Made by a program: the position numbers and the translations under genes
The notes under the pieces: model-generated
What the model was told of the DNA's origin: nothing
What the model saw: only the letters and a program-made list of their open reading frames with translations
Databases searched by the model: none
Shown: piece by piece, positions 14,108-16,801 of the stretch
Layout: each line of letters starts with the position of its first letter
Position numbering within the stretch: position 1 is the stretch's first letter
From: a virus
Reading direction: 5' to 3' (one strand)
DNA: 16,801 nt
Virus record (IMG/VR): IMGVR_UViG_3300006914_000163
Coordinates: 1 to 16,801 of that record

Positions 14108-14866
14108 CTACCCTCCGACCCTTCTCATTTCCAGCTCGATGTTGCGAATCAGCCTCGGCCTCATCGCCTCTCGAGCTGGTCGAATGTATGGCTGCGCCGC
14201 AGTTCGCGAGGTGGGGAACTCGACGTACTGGGCGTATTCGGTGGGGCTCTCCAGGATCCCCTCCGCGATCCCACCCCTCGTCGCGAACGATGTGATCTTC
14301 GAGTTGATCTCTCCCCGCAGTCGACCCCCCAGGGTCGATCGCTCGGCATGTCGGAGGGTGGTTCCCACCATGGCCGTGAGCTGCCGGGTGTAGACCCCGC
14401 GGCCGCTCCTGAGCTCGTAGTTGCCCCTCGAGCTGAGAAGCTGAGCGAACCGCTCGTTCCGCATCTTCGGCTCACCGCTCTCGGTGTACCTGACATCTCG
14501 CCCTGTCTCGCCGCCCAGCTTGTAGGTTTTGCCCCTGATGCGAGCGGTTGGAACCAGCCTCGCTGCTCCGGCAATGCGGGTCGTCGTCCTCGGTAGCTCC
14601 CCGGTCCGTATCGATCTGCCAGTGACCGGATTGAGACCCTTCCGGGCGAAGTCCGGCAGCTCGGCGATCTCTCCCTGGGTGAGCTCCCGTGTCCGTGCGG
14701 GCACGCCGCGCCGTGTGACCTTCCGCACAGGAGCCTTGCGCTTGGCGAACGTCTCACCGTAGGCCAGCGTGTTGCTGACAGCCTCATCAAGCGCATCGTA
14801 GATGCCGTTCTCGATGCTCCTCATCGATTCGGCACTGGCCGTGACCTCGAGAACCACCCGGACCAT
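14108..14866 (-). CDS. HK97 gp10-family neck protein with a large internal insertion, 252 aa
   Basis: The C-terminal signature EYAQYVEFPTSRTAAQPYIRPA matches the family motif Y-A-x-x-V-E-F-G-T...P-(F/Y)-(L/I)-x-P-A. The N-terminal KRKAPV and the later GGRLRGEI look like the split aPv/tG-x-L-r-x-s-I motif. Confidence 0.6.
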   Translation of the reverse strand: MVRVVLEVTASAESMRSIENGIYDALDEAVSNTLAYGETFAKRKAPVRKVTRRGVPARTRELTQGEIAELPDFARKGLNPVTGRSIRTGELPRTTTRIAGAARLVPTARIRGKTYKLGGETGRDVRYTESGEPKMRNERFAQLLSSRGNYELRSGRGVYTRQLTAMVGTTLRHAERSTLGGRLRGEINSKITSFATRGGIAEGILESPTEYAQYVEFPTSRTAAQPYIRPAREAMRPRLIRNIELEMRRVGG

Positions 14867-14869
14867 CGG

Positions 14870-15244
14870 TTAGCTCTCCCGACGCAGAGAAGCCCGCAGC
14901 AGGACCTTGTAGGTGCTCTCCTCGCTGGTGTCGATCACCGACCAGGCGTTGCCCTCGATGACCACCTTGTCGCCGCGAGAGATGTCTGTGCCGACAGGCA
15001 CGAAGAGGCGTCCATCATCGATCTGTTGCAGTGCCCCCATCTCGTCGGTCAGGTTGAGGTTCGGGGCGTTGCGGAACCAGCCCATCACGACCGCGTCGGG
15101 CGTGCTCGAGAACGACTCTTCGTCGTCGCCGTAGTCACCCGCCACCGAGACCTTGCGGAAGATCTGGATCTCGGTCTGCATGCCGGTCAGGGCATATTCC
15201 CGCAGGCTCTCGATCTCGGACTGGGAGACCAGCGGCCCGCTCAC
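14870..15244 (-). CDS. Head closure / head-to-tail stopper protein (Phage_H_T_join-like), 124 aa
   Basis: The GTG at 15244 overlaps the upstream TGA (GTGA). Size, position and the pattern ...IQIFRK...DYGDDEE...VMGWF...LFVPVGTDISRGDKVVIEGNAWSVIDT...VLLRASL fit SPP1 gp16/HK97 gp7-type proteins. Confidence 0.6.
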   Translation of the reverse strand: MSGPLVSQSEIESLREYALTGMQTEIQIFRKVSVAGDYGDDEESFSSTPDAVVMGWFRNAPNLNLTDEMGALQQIDDGRLFVPVGTDISRGDKVVIEGNAWSVIDTSEESTYKVLLRASLRRES

Positions 15245-16482
15245 CGGGATCCACCCCGGATCGTCATAAAGTTCATGCCGCCCAGGAGGGCTTGCGCCGC
15301 AGCGGGCAGCTCAATCCCTCGCTCGGCCCCGCTACGCGAGCCCACACGCCTCACACGGACCTCTTCGATCTCCAGTGACTCCAGACCCGTCAGGCCCTTT
15401 GCAGCGAGGCTGCGCTCGCCCAGGAAGGCATTCGCGGCGATCCCCGTTGCTTCCTGCACCTCCCATGGCACCTTGTAGACGAACGATGCGGAGAGAAGCG
15501 AGGCGGTCGAGATCGGATCATCGAGCTTCACGATCCCGCTGTCTGGGTCGATGGTGTAGCCGCCCGAGACGACCACGTCGTCGAGCTTGAGCACGATGTC
15601 CTGGTCGGTGTCCCACCAGCCCACCGAGGCGATGTACTCCGTCGCCTCGTCGCCAGAGGTCGTATCGGTCGCCATGAGCGGCTCGTCCGTCACCGGGAAC
15701 TGGTGGCCGTAGGAGTAGTCGATCCGCGCGACCGGGTTGAACAGCCCGAGCTGTGGGACGTTGCCCGCGCCCCAGATGCCGATCTGGCTCAGCGCGAAGT
15801 TGATGATCTCGATGTAGCCGCCGTGCTTGTTGACGAAGACGTCTTCTGGCTGGAAATCGATGAACGTCGACTCCGTCGCCAGGACCCGCATCGCGGACAT
15901 CGCCTTCAGCGGCGTGTGGAACGGGTAGACCCGTGCCGCCTGGTTATTCCGGCCCCACTCGTGCTCTTCGCCGATGATTTCCCCACCCTTGAACGAGTAG
16001 CGCTGTGGCGTCAGAGGCACATTGCAGAACGCGTCGACCGCAGCAGACGAGCGGAGCAGGTTCGCCCTGATCTCGTGGTCCGGAACCCCGTTGAGCCCGA
16101 TGCCGAAGCCAGCCTTCTTGAAGCGCTGCGGGGTCATGTAGCCGGGGCTCCGACCCCCGACGATGACCGCTGGCCCCGTGACGGTCCCCGCCACGACAAC
16201 ATCGACGTACTCTGAGCCACTGACGTCGCCGCCAGCAATCTGCCCCGACCACTCCGCCGACCAGGTTCCGAGCTCCTCGTTCGAGAGCGTCTGCCAGAGG
16301 TAGCTGTAGGCGCCTATGCCGGGCTCGTCGACGATCGGTGGGATGACGAACGGCCCATACACGATGTCGCCGTCCGGGTTGCGGAGCGACATCGTGACGT
16401 TGTCCCCGTCGGCCGGGAGACCAGCTCCATTTCGATAGAGCGCCCTGAGTGTGATCTCTCCACCGCGCGCGACGGTTGCCAT
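15241..16482 (-). CDS. Head-tail adaptor (gp6/SPP1 gp15-like connector core) with an N-terminal Ig-like extension, 413 aa
   Basis: The ATG at 16482 has GAGG 7 nt upstream. Residues ~113-200 (YMTPQRFKKAGFGIG...PDHEIRANLLRSSAAVDAFCN...RVYPFHTPLKAMSAMRV) and the tail (ASFVYKVPWEVQEATGIAANAFLGER) follow the gp6-like connector pattern. Residues 1-100 read as an Ig-like sandwich (ITLRALYRNGAGLPADGDNVTMSLRNPDGDIVYGP...GAYSYLWQ...GTWSAEW). Confidence 0.55.
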   Translation of the reverse strand: MATVARGGEITLRALYRNGAGLPADGDNVTMSLRNPDGDIVYGPFVIPPIVDEPGIGAYSYLWQTLSNEELGTWSAEWSGQIAGGDVSGSEYVDVVVAGTVTGPAVIVGGRSPGYMTPQRFKKAGFGIGLNGVPDHEIRANLLRSSAAVDAFCNVPLTPQRYSFKGGEIIGEEHEWGRNNQAARVYPFHTPLKAMSAMRVLATESTFIDFQPEDVFVNKHGGYIEIINFALSQIGIWGAGNVPQLGLFNPVARIDYSYGHQFPVTDEPLMATDTTSGDEATEYIASVGWWDTDQDIVLKLDDVVVSGGYTIDPDSGIVKLDDPISTASLLSASFVYKVPWEVQEATGIAANAFLGERSLAAKGLTGLESLEIEEVRVRRVGSRSGAERGIELPAAAQALLGGMNFMTIRGGSR

Positions 16483-16494
16483 CGGAAACCCTCG

Positions 16495-16801
16495 TTATTC
16501 GGGCAGCTTCTCCACGGCGGGCTGCTCGCCATTCTCGACTGGGGCTTCTGGCTCAACCGCCTTCAGCTCCGGGACCGACGGTGGCACCTGGATTGCCATC
16601 CGCATGATCTGTCCCCGATCCAGATCGCAGTTGAACTCCTCGTTGTCCGAGAGGCCATGCTGCTTGCAGATGTTGCGAATGAAAGCGGTCTTCTCGTTGC
16701 CAAGCATCGACATGATCCGCGAGTAGTGCTGCTGGAGCGCCGCCAGCTCCTTCAGCTTCTCGCTGACGAAGACGATCTCGTCGTTGCGGGCCTTGATCTC
16801 A
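16495..16801 (-). CDS. Hypothetical protein, C-terminal part only (enters from the right edge)
   Basis: The reading frame is open from the window edge: ...EIKARNDEIVFVSEKLKELAALQQHYSRIMSMLGNEKTAFIRNICKQHGLSDNEEFNCDLDRGQIMRMAIQVPPSVPELKAVEPEAPVENGEQPAVEKLPE*. The Met-start ORF in the track (16495..16713) is probably only its tail. Function unknown; it does not look like a major capsid C-terminus. Confidence 0.5.
   Translation of the reverse strand, partial: EIKARNDEIVFVSEKLKELAALQQHYSRIMSMLGNEKTAFIRNICKQHGLSDNEEFNCDLDRGQIMRMAIQVPPSVPELKAVEPEAPVENGEQPAVEKLPE

Larger units (their letters stand above)
1..16801 (-). mobile_element. Partial late operon (head-tail joining, tail, tail tip, lysis) of a siphovirus-type phage/prophage
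   Basis: All credible ORFs are co-directional on the minus strand with gaps of 0-12 nt or overlapping stop/start codons. The gene order is the canonical adaptor - stopper - gp10-like - terminator - tube - chaperone (frameshift) - tape measure - tip proteins - holins. Neither end of the element lies in the window. Confidence 0.85.

Noticed and set aside
1-16801. tRNA/ncRNA genes, CRISPR arrays, integrase/att sites, invertible tail-fibre segments, toxin-antitoxin or defence cassettes
   Set aside because: Apart from the 195-nt stretch at 460-654 (spanned by a low-confidence mini-ORF), intergenic space is limited to two gaps of about 75 nt. There are no spaced direct repeats, no opposite-strand gene segments flanked by inverted repeats, and no ORF with recombinase, nuclease, NTPase or RT-like motifs.

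Overview
The whole 16.8-kb window (G+C about 65% by hand counts) is one uninterrupted minus-strand operon. It is the late region of a siphovirus-type tailed phage or prophage. No plus-strand ORF looks real; they are Arg/Pro/Ala/Gly-rich antisense artefacts of GC-rich coding DNA. Genes are tightly packed, with GGAGG-type Shine-Dalgarno sites and stop/start overlaps (ATGA, GTGA, TGATG). Gene order, from high to low coordinates: truncated upstream ORF; gp6-like head-tail adaptor with an Ig-like N-terminal extension (413 aa); head-closure/stopper protein (124 aa); HK97 gp10-like neck protein (252 aa); tail terminator (150 aa); major tail tube protein (141 aa); GC-rich hairpin; extra 111-aa ORF; tail assembly chaperone G with a canonical -1 frameshift site (C CCA AAC) giving a G-T fusion; 1632-aa tape measure protein; 169-aa small beta-rich protein; 274-aa LamG/ConA-like fibre candidate; two paralogous large tail-tip proteins (917 and 601 aa); then a lysis-type cassette of small membrane proteins (two holin-like ORFs, a Cys4 mini-ORF, a TMD+coiled-coil ORF and a truncated ORF). 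I see no rRNA, tRNA, CRISPR array, integrase, reverse transcriptase, nuclease or recognisable defence system. The most unusual part is the tail-tip/host-recognition module at 1344-7252. It has duplicated hub-like proteins with different insertions, an acidic Ser/Asp tandem-repeat N-terminus, an AT-richer lectin-like insertion, and a module shared between two tail proteins. All functional calls rest on gene order plus remembered family motifs, with no database search, and need HHpred/BLAST/structure-prediction confirmation.
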